Source: Rhynchopus sp. YZ270_cl-10
Lineage: Eukaryota
Assembly: GCA_964035575.1 (NCBI GenBank)
Contig: OZ037843.1
Location: 1,054,001 to 1,118,000, forward strand
Length of the DNA stretch: 64,000 nt
Direction of reading: 5' to 3'
The position numbers were made by a program, and so were the translations under genes. Below the pieces are notes generated by a model. It was not told where the DNA came from. It did no database searches and worked only from the letters and a program-made list of their open reading frames with translations. Positions 22,293 through 34,713 of the stretch are shown here, in pieces. How positions within the stretch are numbered: the stretch's first letter is position 1; each line of letters starts with the position of its first letter.

Positions 22293-25200
22293 TGTACTGG
22301 ACCACCATCAGAAACAGGCAACCACCGACTGCAAACACACTCAGGGCAAGCTCCACCAGACACCACAGACCACCACGGCAACAAATAACCCAAAACTCCC
22401 CAAACAATCAACAACCAACTGATCTCTTTTTTAGTGTGACTTGATACACAACAGCCCTCTCGTGAACAGTGCACCTTGGTACACCCTTACGTGACAGCTG
22501 CACCGGGCTGGACCCAACCATGCAGTCCTACATCCATTTCGTCATTTCGGGAGGAGGTGTCGGAACTCTGCTCTGTTGAGGTGGACTGCAGGCAGCAAGG
22601 GCGCATGGGATGTCTCTTTGCACGCTGTCTGGGAGGTCTGTGGAGCTTCGTGTTCTGTGGCGGATGTGTGAAGAGAGTGATGAGCACAACAACGTTGACA
22701 ACAGCAGCATGTGGCAAGCAGCTTGCAGCACGACACAATACGCGCAGGGGAAAGACACGTTCATCATTCTTCGGTTGTGGCACGTCGTCATTGTGCGTGT
22801 CTCCGTCGCTTCTGGCTTTGCTCGGGGGATTCGTCTCTGCTTCGTTTCGGACGTGCTTCAACCACAAGCTTCCTCCTCATTTGTTTATCTCCTCGTTTAT
22901 TTGTCTCCTCGTTTGTTTGTCACCTCATTGTTTGTCTCCTTGTTTATTTGTCTCCTCGTTTGTTTTGTCTCCTTGTTTATTTGTCTCCTCGTTTGTTTTG
23001 TCTCCTTGTTTATTTGTCTCCCCTAAGGAAATTATGTAACAATAATTCATTTTGCCACTTTTTGGCGTATAGTGGCCACAACCTGCAGAGAACCACCCCA
23101 GAATAGGTCAGAAACACCCTGTGAGGCAAAATTGGGTGAAAATTCGACTCCAGAATGTGAAAAAATGGGAAAAAATAGCAAAAAACTGGCTTTTTGGGGG
23201 TTTTGGCCATTTCGGCCAAAACCCCGATTTTTCATGAAAAAACATGAAAAAAACACCAAATTCGATGTTTCAGAGAGTCATTTGAGACCTATTTTGCCCC
23301 AAAAACGTGCTTGGAGTCCATTCTCGCCTGTTTTTCACATTTTTACGCCTTTTCTTTGGTGAATTTGGCCAAAATTTGGTCAAAATGACCCCCTGTCCAC
23401 CCCCTGTCTACCCCCTGTCCAAGGCCAGGATTTTTCCCCTGGCCATCACATAAAGTAGGGTATGGTGCAAATTTTGGTACATACCCCCCCAAAAAATGGT
23501 CTGCGGACCCAACGGAACCGTTTTTTTTACCCTTTAGAGGACTCAGAAGCACTAGAAATGGGGAAAATGAGTGAAAAATTGCCCTCCCCCCCAGAGAGGG
23601 GGGTAGGGGCGGTTTTTGGGCTAAAAAATGCCAAATTAGGGCCGCCAGAGGCCTCTTGGGGTCACTCTCCTGTGGAAATCGTACTCCTAGGGGTCCTGTG
23701 GGCCTGATTTCGACGAGCTGCACCCTTTTGGGCCCCCCGAACCGATCTTGGTTTGAAATATTGAGTCGAATATGACCCCTGGACAGGGGGTAGACAGGGG
23801 TCATTTTGACCTCAAAACACCAAAAAGCGGCCAAAAAAAGTACCTAAAGTGTCCAAAACAGGTCGGAATAGACTCACGGGACATCCCTGGGGTAGTTTTG
23901 TGTCCAAGCAGCTGTCATGATGTCGAAATTTTACAATTTTTTTGAAAATTTGGTCAAAAATGGTCATTTGTCCCAAAATGGCCCAAATGGCCGTTTTGTG
24001 CTTTATTTTCCATTTTTTTTGTGTTTCTGGTAATCAATCACCCAAAAAAAAGGACACATTTTTGCCATACCATACATCAGCCAAAATCTGCTTAGCCGTA
24101 TATAAAGGCCTGTTTTTGGAGCCACTTTAAAGTGATAAAAAATCCGCCAAAAAAATGTTGCGACCCCGGAATTTTTTCAGATTGCTCCGGGAATGCATAC
24201 AAGCGCCTTTTCGGGGGAAAATATTACACCCCCGGCCTCTCAAACGTACCAGACCGTGGACAGGTGGATTTTATCGATTTTATGGCCCGGGCACATTCTG
24301 AAAAATAATATTCTTGGAAAGATAGGGTGCGAAAACGTTCAATTCCGGGGTCGGACGCTCAAAAATATGCATCTGGGGCGAGCGAGTGGGCGGCGGGAGA
24401 ATGGGTACCATGTACTGGCTACTGTACAGTGTACTTTGTACGGTGAGGAAATCTCCTCTTTGGGTCCAACACAGTGGTGTCTCTAAATTGGATTTGTTTT
24501 GTCAAAAGTTGTCGATTTTTTTTTCTTTGGATTTATTTTTGACAAATCTTTCAATTGCGACCATTTTTCTCAACTGGAAACACACTCCACGGTACGCAAC
24601 TTTTGGTGGAGCCAACCACTCTTTCTGCACTGAAAATCCCCTGTATTACATGTACAAAGCATTGGAGCCACTTTGTTTTGACTTCTACTCCACTAAGGGG
24701 TGGCATCAAAACAAAAAAACGCGGACAATGTCCGCGTTTTGGGGGGGGGAGGGGGGGGGTCTGAAATTCCAGAAAACGCGGACATTTTGGGGTTTTTTTT
24801 TCCTCGAAAATTTTTTTCTTCACTGGGGTTGTACACGATTTTGACCAAAATTTATAAAAACTCGTCCATTTCGGCAAATTGACCCCACCACAGAACCGGC
24901 GGATTCAGGAAATGCAAATGCCGGTGTTTTCGGGCAAAATAAAAAATACAAGATGCCCGCGTTTTTTTGCAAAATGTACACGAATGGGGGCCCTTAAACC
25001 CCTGCTACCATGTGCTTCTACAGGCAAACACTTGGGCCCCTTTACCTTACACTGACGGGTTTTGACCAAAATCAAGAACTTGTCCATTTTGGCAAATTGA
25101 CCCCACCACAGAACGGACGGATTCGGGAAATGCAAATGCCGGTGTTTTTGCACATTTTCATGGTTTCAGCATCAGAGAGAGAAAATCTGGGTTGTGGGAT

Positions 25201-25604
25201 TTACCTTGGCCCCTTTACCTTACACTCATTTTGACCAAAACCAAGAACTTGGCCATTTCGGCAAATTGACCCCACCACAGCGCGGACAGATCCCGGAAAT
25301 GCCAATCGCGGCATGTTTTGGGGCTGAAAAATTTTCACCTGAAATTTTTTTTCAGCAGCATGTTTTGGCCGAAAATGGGCCCCACGTATTAGTGACCGGG
25401 CTCATATTTTCAAAAATTTAAGTGGTCAAAAAATTGTCCAATTTTCGAGATTGACCCCACCACTTTCTGGACGGATTCCGGAAATGCCAAAAAACTGTGT
25501 TTTGGGTCACGAATTTGCACCCCGTCACCCAAAAACCAGCAAAAAATAGGGGAAAAAAAAACAAAAAATGTCCGCGTTTTGGGGGGGGGGAGGGGGGGGT
25601 CTGA

Positions 25605-26530
25605 AATTTTTTGAGTTATGATACCACAGAGGCTCCAAACACGAAACCTCTGGCGAATATGGATTTTTTGGGGCTCAGGAGGGTGGTTTACCTGGTCACA
25701 GGCCTCCAAATGCGCCCAGAAACATGAAAAATATGAAAAATTGACTGGTTTTTCGGGGTTTTCGCACTTCGGGAAAGACGATTTTTTGACCTAAAAATGA
25801 GATTTTGGCCCCGAACAGAGCGTCTAGAGTGTGAAAAACAGATGTATTTGAAAAGATTCGATACTTTCGGGGTGATTTTGGGTATTTGTTCACTATCTGA
25901 TGTCCGTTTTTTGATATTTTTTCAAAAAAAGGGTGAAAAAACGCTGTCCGGGTGCTTGCAATAGCCGTGACTGTTGCAAAAGTGAATTTTTCTGTGTTTT
26001 TTGGGGTCATTTCTGGGGGTACAGAGAGAGTTTTGGGTCTGAAATTCGGTGAAAATGTGGTAGGAGGTTGGTAAATGGGGGTGCTCTGGGTGGTCAGACC
26101 ACCCAGCAGTGGTCAGAAAGTGGCCCAACGGGTTTGAGGAATGGCGCGCGCGCGGTAAACAGGACGATAACAGGACGATTTTTTGACCTAAAAATGAGGT
26201 TTTGGCCCCGAACAGAGCGTCTAAAGTGTGAAAAACAGATGTATTTGAAAAGATTCGATACTTTTGGGGTGATTTTGGGTATTTGCACACTATCTGATGT
26301 CCGTTTTTTGATATTTTTCTCAAAAAAAGAGTGAAAAAACGCTGTTTTCCCAAAAGTGCGAAAAGTGCGAAAACCCCGAAAAACCAGTCAATTTTTCATA
26401 TTTTTCATGTTTCTGGGCGCATTTGGAGGCCTGTGACCAGGTAAACCACCCTCCTGAGCCCCAAAAAGTCCATATTCGCCAGAGATTTTGTGTTTCGAGC
26501 CTCTGTGGTATCGTAACTCAAAAAATTTCA
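25605..26530. repeat. Foldback segment with ~160-bp inverted arms and an internal direct duplication
   Basis: 25605-25770 is the reverse complement of 26365-26530; 25778-25945 is repeated at 26175-26345. Confidence 0.75.
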
Positions 26531-26688
26531 CTAAAACAGGCTTTTTGCCCCCCCCTAGGCATACTTGTCCCCCCATTATGGGGAGGGGTAAAATATGGGG
26601 AAAATATGGGGGAAATATGGGGGATTTTCCCCCCCATATTCCCCCATATTTTCCCCATATTTCCCCCATATTTTTTATGGGGGAATAG

Positions 26689-26960
26689 ATGTACTGGTGT
26701 ACTGGTGTACTGGTGTACTGGTGTACTGGTGTACTGGTGTACTGGTGTACTGGTGTACTGGTGTACTGGTGTACTGGTGTACTGGTGTACTGGTGTACTG
26801 GTGTACTGGTGTACTGGTGTACTGGTGTACTGGTGTACTGGTGTACTGGTGTACTGGTGTACTGGTGTACTGGTGTACTGGTGTACTGGTGTACTGGTGT
26901 ACTGGTGTACTGGTGTACTGGTGTACTGGTGTACTGGTGTACTGGTGTACTGGTGTACTG
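26689..26960. repeat. (TGTACTGG)n microsatellite
   Basis: Perfect 8-bp array inside E1. Confidence 0.97.
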
Positions 26961-27302
26961 TGTACGAAGGAAGAGGTACTGCTTCTGTACGTTACTTACC
27001 TACCCACCCCTCCAACACAACATTTTCGACGTTTCTCTGACGCATGAGGATTACATGGTTGTAAGTCCCTATAAGAAGGGCAAACCTGCTGACGTTTTGG
27101 TATGGGCAGAAAGAAGGGCAACATTATGAGTTCCTCTCAGACTCCCCTGTTTTGCCACCGGTGTCAGGCATCAACAGGCCTAACCGCCCAGATGGTTTCA
27201 ACACAAAGCTTCACGACATCGGGCCTTCCGGTGCCATCGATAAGGCCCTCGACACAGACGGGTTAGCATTGCCCCTGCGTTTGACCTATAGCCCGCTTAC
27301 TG

Positions 27303-27997
27303 GTACACTAGTACACTAGTACACTAGTACACTAGTACACTAGTACACTAGTACACTAGTACACTAGTACACTAGTACACTAGTACACTAGTACACTAGT
27401 ACACTAGTACACTAGTACACTAGTACACTAGTACACTAGTACACTAGTACACTAGTACACTAGTACACTAGTACACTAGTACACTAGTACACTAGTACAC
27501 TAGTACACTAGTACACTAGTACACTAGTACACTAGTACACTAGTACACTAGTACACTAGTACACTAGTACACTAGTACACTAGTACACTAGTACACTAGT
27601 ACACTAGTACACTAGTACACTAGTACACTAGTACACTAGTACACTAGTACACTAGTACACTAGTACACTAGTACACTAGTACACTAGTACACTAGTACAC
27701 TAGTACACTAGTACACTAGTACACTAGTACACTAGTACACTAGTACACTAGTACACTAGTACACTAGTACACTAGTACACTAGTACACTAGTACACTAGT
27801 ACACTAGTACACTAGTACACTAGTACACTAGTACACTAGTACACTAGTACACTAGTACACTAGTACACTAGTACACTAGTACACTAGTACACTAGTACAC
27901 TAGTACACTAGTACACTAGTACACTAGTACACTAGTACACTAGTACACTAGTACACTAGTACACTAGTACACTAGTACACTAGTACACTATAGTACA
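27303..27997. repeat. (GTACACTA)n microsatellite
   Basis: Perfect 8-bp array inside E1. Confidence 0.97.
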
Positions 27998-28979
27998 CAA
28001 GGAAAACAATAGGAAAACCCCCATATTTCCCCCATATTCCCCCATAATCCCCCATATTCCCCCATATTTGTGCAGTATTCCTGCTGTATTCCCCCCATAT
28101 TTCCCCCATATTTCCCACAAAAGTGTAGGGTACCAAAATATGGGGGAATAGGGCCTCCCCATATTGGGGGGACAAGTATGCCTAGGCATAGTGTGCAGAC
28201 GAACAAAATGTTCGTCGATGTTCGTCATGGGGGGAAAAAAAATTTTTGTTCGTCGTTGTTCGTCGTTGTTCGTCGTTGTTCGTCGTTGTTCGTCAATACA
28301 CCCCGGTACAGCAGTACCGTCTTCATATGGACCGCAACGATGTGTACGTAACGTTCGGAACGCAACGAACGTAACGAACCGAACACAACCAGGATGGAGG
28401 TTTAGAGACCTGAAAAAAAATGGCCGAAACCCACCCCTGGGGGGGAGGGAGGGAGGGTGACCAAGCAACCTTGAAAAAGAGTCTCTGAAAAAAAAACATT
28501 CCTTAACACTGAGTGTTAAGGAATGTTTCCCCTGGGAACATCTACACGAAGGGTGGAGGAACAAAGGACAAAAAAAACTGGGTATCAAAAATCTTATTTA
28601 CAGAGTCTACCTTCTAGAAAAGCTGTACAGCAGAACACGAAAAAACAAAGGCAACGCTTACGCACCCGCTCCTGTGGGGACAACCCCGGTCTTTCGACGG
28701 GGCCGTCGCCCTTTGCGGGCACATTATTCACAGGTTGGGCAACTGATATGATGTCCAACAAAAACGGTCTGAAAGTTTTAAAAAAAAATCACACAACAAA
28801 AATCACGCAGCGCATCATGTGGACAATGTGCGGGGATTTGGGAACATCCACACGCAGGATGGAGGAACAAAGGACAAAAAAAACTGGGTATCTAGTCTAA
28901 ACAAAAATCTTATTTACAGAGTCTACCTTCTAGAAAAGCTGTACAGCAGAACACGAAAAAACAAAAGCAACGCTTATTA

Positions 28980-29457
28980 CAATGTGCGGGGATTTCCACG
29001 ATTTCCCCTGTTTTGACACCCAGCGCATCCTGTGGACAACAGATCTGCTCGCGCTGTCAAACGACGAGGTGTGGCACGAGTTCAAGGCATACAGAAATCA
29101 GCCTGCCTCATGGCTGATGAGGGGTGTGTACTGGATTACTGGTGCGAGGGGAACACGAAGTTCCCCAAGTTGTCTCTCAAAGTCAAAGTTGTCGCTGGGT
29201 TGCGGACACCGCTCTCCGTGACGAGCGTGGAAGGCGTGTTCTCCACCGCAGAAGCGGCAAAGAACAAGAGGACGCGCTCAGTGAAGGCTGGAGTACGCCC
29301 GCCGACTGTTCCTCAGGAGGTCTTGCGACATTCTGGGGCTTCTCGGTGGGAATAACAAGTACCGAGAAGCCCTTGACGCAGACACGATGAGCGGTGAGGA
29401 GTTGGAAGAGGAATTGGAGTAACTTAATACTGAATTCGAAATAGAAATTATCTCATA
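28980..29457 (+). pseudogene. Inverted, frameshifted partial copy of the E2 transposase 3' end
   Basis: GDFHDFPCFD..LSNDEVW..LDYWC..LRTPLSVTSVEGVFSTAEAAKNKR mirrors 29472-29950. Confidence 0.85.
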
Positions 29458-29471
29458 ACCGGTAATAAGGA

Positions 29472-31943
29472 TCAGATAATTTCTATTTCGTATTCAGTGT
29501 CATACTCCAATTCCTCTTCTTCCGACTCCTCATCGCTCATCGTGTCTGCATCAAGGGCTTCTCGGTACTTGTTATTCCCACCGAGAAGCCCCAGAATGTC
29601 GCCAGACCTCCTGAGGAACACTCGACGGGCGTACTCTTCGGCCCCCACCGCGCTCTTCCTCTTGTTCTTTGCCGCTTCTGCGGTGGAGAACACTCCGTCC
29701 ACGCTCGTCACGGAGAGCGGTGTCCGCAGCCACGCGACAACCGCTGCAGACAACAGGGGGAACTTCTTCTGTGTTCCCCTCTTGCACCAGTAATCCAGTG
29801 CGCACACCTCATCAGCCAGAGCTGAGGCAGGCTGAGTTCTGTATGCCTCGAACTCCTTCCACACCTCCTCGTTTGACAGCGCGTGCAGATCGACTGTCCA
29901 CAGGCTGCGCTGGCTGTCGAAACAGGGGAAATCGTGGAAATCCCCGATCAACACCGTCTCTGGCTCAAAAATTAGCAGCAGCTCCCACCTGGAGCGTGAC
30001 TTCCACGAATTGTACATATTCTCCATCAGATCCTGTAGCGGCCGGGAGGTAGCTTCGCTCTTCATCATGCGCACGTACTCATCTAGGGTTTCGAGGCTGG
30101 TCTGTGCAGGAGAAGGATTCTGTATTTTGTTGATGACACCCATTGCAGGCTGGAGGAAGTCAGCAAGCAATACGCAGTCATCGACGTTCCTCTGCCAGTG
30201 GCCCTCTTGTATCAGCCGGGCCAGCACCCTGAGTGTCTCCGGTTTTTTCGCTCTGCCCATCTCGGAGTCCAGGAACTCCAAGAGGACGTCCGCCCGGTCC
30301 CGGATGTGGATCACGAGATCCATGGCGGCGCCCCAGCGGGTGTCGGAGGTGGAGGTCGGCTGTGCGGGAGCGACGACCTCAACGTTCTGAGCGTCGACGT
30401 CCACTTCCTCCCGCACGAACTGACGGGCCTTGCCCAGCACCTCCTCATCCGTTTCCGCAGCTGTGAGGCGCAGTAACGACCGCAGTGCTCGCACCTTCTC
30501 CTGCTTCAGCGCTGCCTTCACACGCAACCACGTGTCCTTCGTGCCACTCGCCTGCTCCTGTTCCTTCTGGATTTTCGCCAGTTGGAACAATTTCCATCTG
30601 CGACGCCTGGCCTTGCATCCGAAGAATTGGCTTATGAGCGTCGTAAATGCGTACGCATATTTGAACGCCTCCTTCACAGTGACTTTTAACACCGAATTAA
30701 GATGATGGCCCAGGCACCAAGCAATTTCCTCCGCGGCATCCGTCAGGCCCCTCAGATTTATCGATCCGTAGTCCGCCACTACCGTACTCCGAACAAGTTC
30801 ATAGTATGAGCGAACTTCGTGCAACAGATTCGCGACGTCCATACCCCTGTCCTGTTCACCGTCACAACGAGCTCGAACCATCAGGAGCACTGCTTCACCC
30901 CCCACAAAACCCACCACGGCTAGGAGGGCCATACCGATGTATCGAACCCCCGTGCCGTCTATCCCGAGGGCGACGGTTTTGCCTGACAATTTTTTTTTAA
31001 TGGCCTGCATTGTTTCCTCCGTGAATTGTTTGCTTTTATTGAGCAGTGAGCGCGGCTGCGGAAGCGTGACGAACATCGAGAGCACCAGTGCCAGAATACA
31101 TGCCTGCTGATGGGTTATGCCCGCAATTATGAGGGCAAGGGCCCATGCTCTTTTGAACGCCGTAGGGGAAACAATTGGCGTCAATACGGCTTGAGTCGGT
31201 GTTGGGGTAGGTGCGCTGGTCGTTTTCTGCTGCGCCTTCTCCTCCTTCTTCCCCTTCTTCTCCTCCACCCTCTTCGCGTGTGTCTTGTTCCGACCGTCTA
31301 CGTGGGATTTTACGCTCGTAATTTCTTGGTGCTTTATCATACAGCTACAAAGTGTGCACCAGAGCACCTCGTCGTCCCCCGTCATTCCGTCGGTCAGCAG
31401 CCCCTCTCTCACCTCGAAGGGCACGTCCTTGACCGCCCTGACCTCTATGCCAAACTGCTGGGTTTCTGTCAGTCCCTGGATCCTCGCGTCGGCTGTGATC
31501 TGTGGTTTTTTCCGTCGCGCCTTTTCAGCCTCGGCCTTGACGTCCGCCTTTAACTTGTTCGTGTCATTGGCCTTTTCTGTGGGTGTCAGTCCAGTCTTTG
31601 GGGAAGGTTTTGCTGCCGTCTTCGCAGAACTTTTCGCGCTTGGTTTTCCCGCAGGTTTTGCTGCTGCCTTTCCCGCAGGTTTTGCTGCTGGTTTTTCCGC
31701 AGGTTTTGCTGCAGGTTTTGCTGCAGGTTTTGCTGCTGATTTTTTTGTTGTTTTCTTTCTTGACGCCTTCCTCACGGGCTTCACATCGCTCGACTCGCTC
31801 TCGTCACTCCCGCTGCTACTGGGCTCCCTTTTCCGCTTCGACATTTTTTTTTGGGGGGTTTTTGAATCTGTTTTTATTGATGATGCCGCATTGGGGTGTG
31901 GGAAGGAAGAGGAATTGTTGGAAATTTCACTAGAAATGCACAT
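29472..31943 (-). CDS. hAT-superfamily transposase
   Basis: Zn finger WCTLC...H...H; LGIDGT; VVADYG; CLGHHLN (CxxH); DTRW; hATC dimerisation domain LDYW..FPLLS..LRTPLSVTSVDGVFS..R..VFLR; N-terminal AKPA repeats. The true start may be MSKRKRE. Confidence 0.9.
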   Translation of the reverse strand: MCISSEISNNSSSFPHPNAASSIKTDSKTPQKKMSKRKREPSSSGSDESESSDVKPVRKASRKKTTKKSAAKPAAKPAAKPAEKPAAKPAGKAAAKPAGKPSAKSSAKTAAKPSPKTGLTPTEKANDTNKLKADVKAEAEKARRKKPQITADARIQGLTETQQFGIEVRAVKDVPFEVREGLLTDGMTGDDEVLWCTLCSCMIKHQEITSVKSHVDGRNKTHAKRVEEKKGKKEEKAQQKTTSAPTPTPTQAVLTPIVSPTAFKRAWALALIIAGITHQQACILALVLSMFVTLPQPRSLLNKSKQFTEETMQAIKKKLSGKTVALGIDGTGVRYIGMALLAVVGFVGGEAVLLMVRARCDGEQDRGMDVANLLHEVRSYYELVRSTVVADYGSINLRGLTDAAEEIAWCLGHHLNSVLKVTVKEAFKYAYAFTTLISQFFGCKARRRRWKLFQLAKIQKEQEQASGTKDTWLRVKAALKQEKVRALRSLLRLTAAETDEEVLGKARQFVREEVDVDAQNVEVVAPAQPTSTSDTRWGAAMDLVIHIRDRADVLLEFLDSEMGRAKKPETLRVLARLIQEGHWQRNVDDCVLLADFLQPAMGVINKIQNPSPAQTSLETLDEYVRMMKSEATSRPLQDLMENMYNSWKSRSRWELLLIFEPETVLIGDFHDFPCFDSQRSLWTVDLHALSNEEVWKEFEAYRTQPASALADEVCALDYWCKRGTQKKFPLLSAAVVAWLRTPLSVTSVDGVFSTAEAAKNKRKSAVGAEEYARRVFLRRSGDILGLLGGNNKYREALDADTMSDEESEEEELEYDTEYEIEII

Positions 31944-32772
31944 GTCTTGTAAATGAAGACACAGAGGAAAAGCGTTGAGAGAGATGGCGAAGAAAGCGCG
32001 AGAAGAACGAAGAAAGTAAAGGTGGCCCTTAGGCTACTACTGTGGATTTTCGCAGAGCGACGACCTCAACGTTCTGAGCGTCGACGTCCACTTCCTCCAC
32101 GAACTGACGGGCCTTGCCCAGCACCTCCTCATCCGTTTCCGCACGTGTGAGGCGCAACGTCCGTTGCTCGCACCTTCTCCTGCTTCAGCGCTGCCTTGAC
32201 ACGCAACCACGTGTCAAGGCAGCAGAATTGACTAATGAGCGTCGTAAATGCGTACGCATATCCGAACGCCTCTTTCACAGTGGCTTTTAAAAACGCGGTT
32301 AGATGGTGACCGTTCTGTTGAGGAGCGCGGCTGGGGTGATCCCCGCAATGATGAGGGCAAGAACCAAAAAGCACCGGAGGGAAAAAAAAATAGCCAAGCA
32401 GGCTAAGGATTCTGAGAAACAGAAGCTTGCAAACGCCAGGTGCCAGGGCTAAGGTGGCGAAGAAAGCGCGAGTAGAAGGAAATAGGGGTAAAACAAACTC
32501 TCACTTTTATTTTTTTTGGTATTCCGGAGGGGGGCAATATTGACAGGCCCCTGCCACAAGGGAGGCCCCCCCCCCCCCCCTCCCCCCCCTCCCCCCCTCC
32601 CCCCCCTCCCCCCCTCCCCCCCTCCCCCCCCCCCCCCCCCCCCCCCCCCCCTGTGGCAGGGACCTGTTCGTCGGTTTTGTTCGTCGATGTTCGTCGACGA
32701 ACCTCGACGAACAAAACCGACGAACATTTTGTTCGTCGACGAACAAAAATGTTCGTCTGCACACTATGCCTA

Positions 32773-32804
<32 letters not shown>

Positions 32805-32805
<1 letters not shown>

Positions 32806-33786
32806 AGGGGGTATCTTAAGGGGGTGAAATGGCCAAAAAATCGAACTTTTTCGCCTGGGTGCCAAAAAAGGCACCAAACCAGAAAATATGTCCCTTGGGA
32901 CCCCAAAAATCGAATTCCGCCCGGTTTTGAGCACTTTTGACCACTTCTGAGCGACTTTTTTGCATTTTTTAAAAAGTGACCACCAACTTGTACCTGCCCA
33001 CCCCCCCGTAGGTAGAGCAACTCACATATCCATCAGCCTCAGTGTTAGCCAGGGGCCAGAAAAGCCCCCAAAGCCACATATTTCCACCCCAGAACCTATC
33101 CCGAGGGGTACCCAGGTGGTTTCGGGGTGTTTAGGGGACTTCGTGGAACTTAGAACCATGTTTCAAAAAGGGTACAAGGACGTGGTCCCTTGAGAGGGCA
33201 AGCCCTTGGTACGAGTTCCTGGACACTTCTTGAAACATGGTTCTAAGTTCCACGAAGTCCCTCTAAACACCCCGAAACCACCTGGGTACCCCTCGGGATA
33301 GGTTCTGGGGTGGAAATATGTGGCTTTGGGGGCTTTTCTGGCCCCTGGCTCACACTGAGGCGTGATGGATATGTGAGTTGCTCTACCTACGGGGGGGTGG
33401 GCAGGTACAAGTACTGTAGGCGCTTTTTTAAAATTGCATTTCAGGCATCATCTGAGTGTTTCTGTGTCAAAACTGGGGCGCTGGTGCGTTTTTTGGGTCC
33501 CCTAGGTGGTTTGGTACGGTTTTCGGGGACTTCTGAGGTTCTGAAGATCAAAATCGGGAAAATTGCTTATCGAGTACAGTGACCGGGGGGTGGGCAGGTA
33601 CAAGTTGGTGGTCACTTTTTAAAAAATGCAAAAAAGTCGCTCAGAAGTGGTCAAAAGTGCTCAAAACCGGGCGGAATTCGATTTTTGGGGTCCAAATGGG
33701 CCTATGGTGTGGTTTTTTTGACCTCAGGGGGAGTTTCCCAATTTATTGCCTACTTCACGTTTTTTGACAGCTTAAGATACCCCCTA
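32805..33786. mobile_element. Train 1, element E3: foldback TIR element (TAGGGG end family)
   Basis: TIR tagggggtatcttaag / cttaagataccccc-ta; internal palindrome centred near 33200. Confidence 0.88.
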
Positions 33787-33956
33787 GGCATACATAGCGT
33801 GCGAACGGCTCATTCGCATCATTCGCATCCTGTTCGCATTGGGTATTCGCATCCTGTTCGCATTGGCCAATGCGAACAGGATGCGAATGACATGCGAATA
33901 ACATTTATTATGGGGTGGCGACAGGCAAGTTCTCATTTTTTGGTCAATTTCCGCAC

Positions 33957-34310
33957 TACACAGTACACACAGTACACACAGTACACACAGTATACACAGT
34001 ATACACAGTATATACAGTATACACAGTATACACAGTATACACAGTATACACAGTATACACAGTATACACAGTATACACAGTATACACAGTATACACAGTA
34101 TACACAGTATACACAGTATACACAGTATACACAGTATACACAGTATACACAGTATACACAGTATACACAGTATACACAGTATACACAGTATACACAGTAC
34201 ACACAGTATACACAGTATACACAGTATACACAGTATACACAGTATACACAGTATACACAGTATACACAGTATACACAGTATACACAGTATACACAGTATA
34301 CACAGTATAC
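33957..34310. repeat. (CAGTATACA)n microsatellite
   Basis: 9-bp array with some CAGTACACA variants. Confidence 0.97.
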
Positions 34311-34713
34311 CATAGCTGATAAGCTAATAAAGCCTAATAGGATATTAGCCTATTTAAGCCTTATAGAATAGGCTAATGAAACTGGAATAGGCTAATATTT
34401 TATTAGCCTATTCCAGTCCTTCCCAGCTACCACTGGTGGTACGGTGGTAGCTGGCTTAACCCGTTAAACAAATCCGAAAAATCCAAAATTTAAGGCCAAC
34501 TCCGTTACAGACACAACACAACTTATTTCTCTTGTGTTTTTCACTGATGAGCGTGAGTGAGGTGTATGTTACAGCACCGACTGCAGCCTACGTCTAAGAT
34601 GGCATATAATAGGCTATTAGCCCAATATTAGCCTATTATAAGACATACTGTGGGTGTTATAACGTTATCGATAACGTTATAACAAGTGTTATTTTGGAAT
34701 AACGTTATTCAGC

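Larger units (their letters stand above)
26558..28182. mobile_element. Train 1, element E1: non-autonomous TIR element (GGCATA end family)
   Basis: TIR ggcatacttgtcccccca / tggggggacaagtatgcc; ccccatat subterminal repeats; cctagg at both junctions. Confidence 0.88.
28185..32770 (-). mobile_element. Train 1, element E2: hAT transposon encoding a transposase
   Basis: TIR ggcatagtgtgcagacgaaca / tgttcgtctgcacactatgcc; ttcgtcg subterminal repeats; encloses the transposase ORF. Confidence 0.9.

Noticed and set aside
22487..22867. Cys/His-rich minus-strand ORF ending in GAAVT*, like the LINE ORF2 end (ASAVT*)
   Set aside because: It may be a decayed related 3' end, but the motifs are scattered over frames and too weak to call.
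34544..34600. ctgatgag as a possible hammerhead ribozyme core
   Set aside because: No stem II or GAAA follows.
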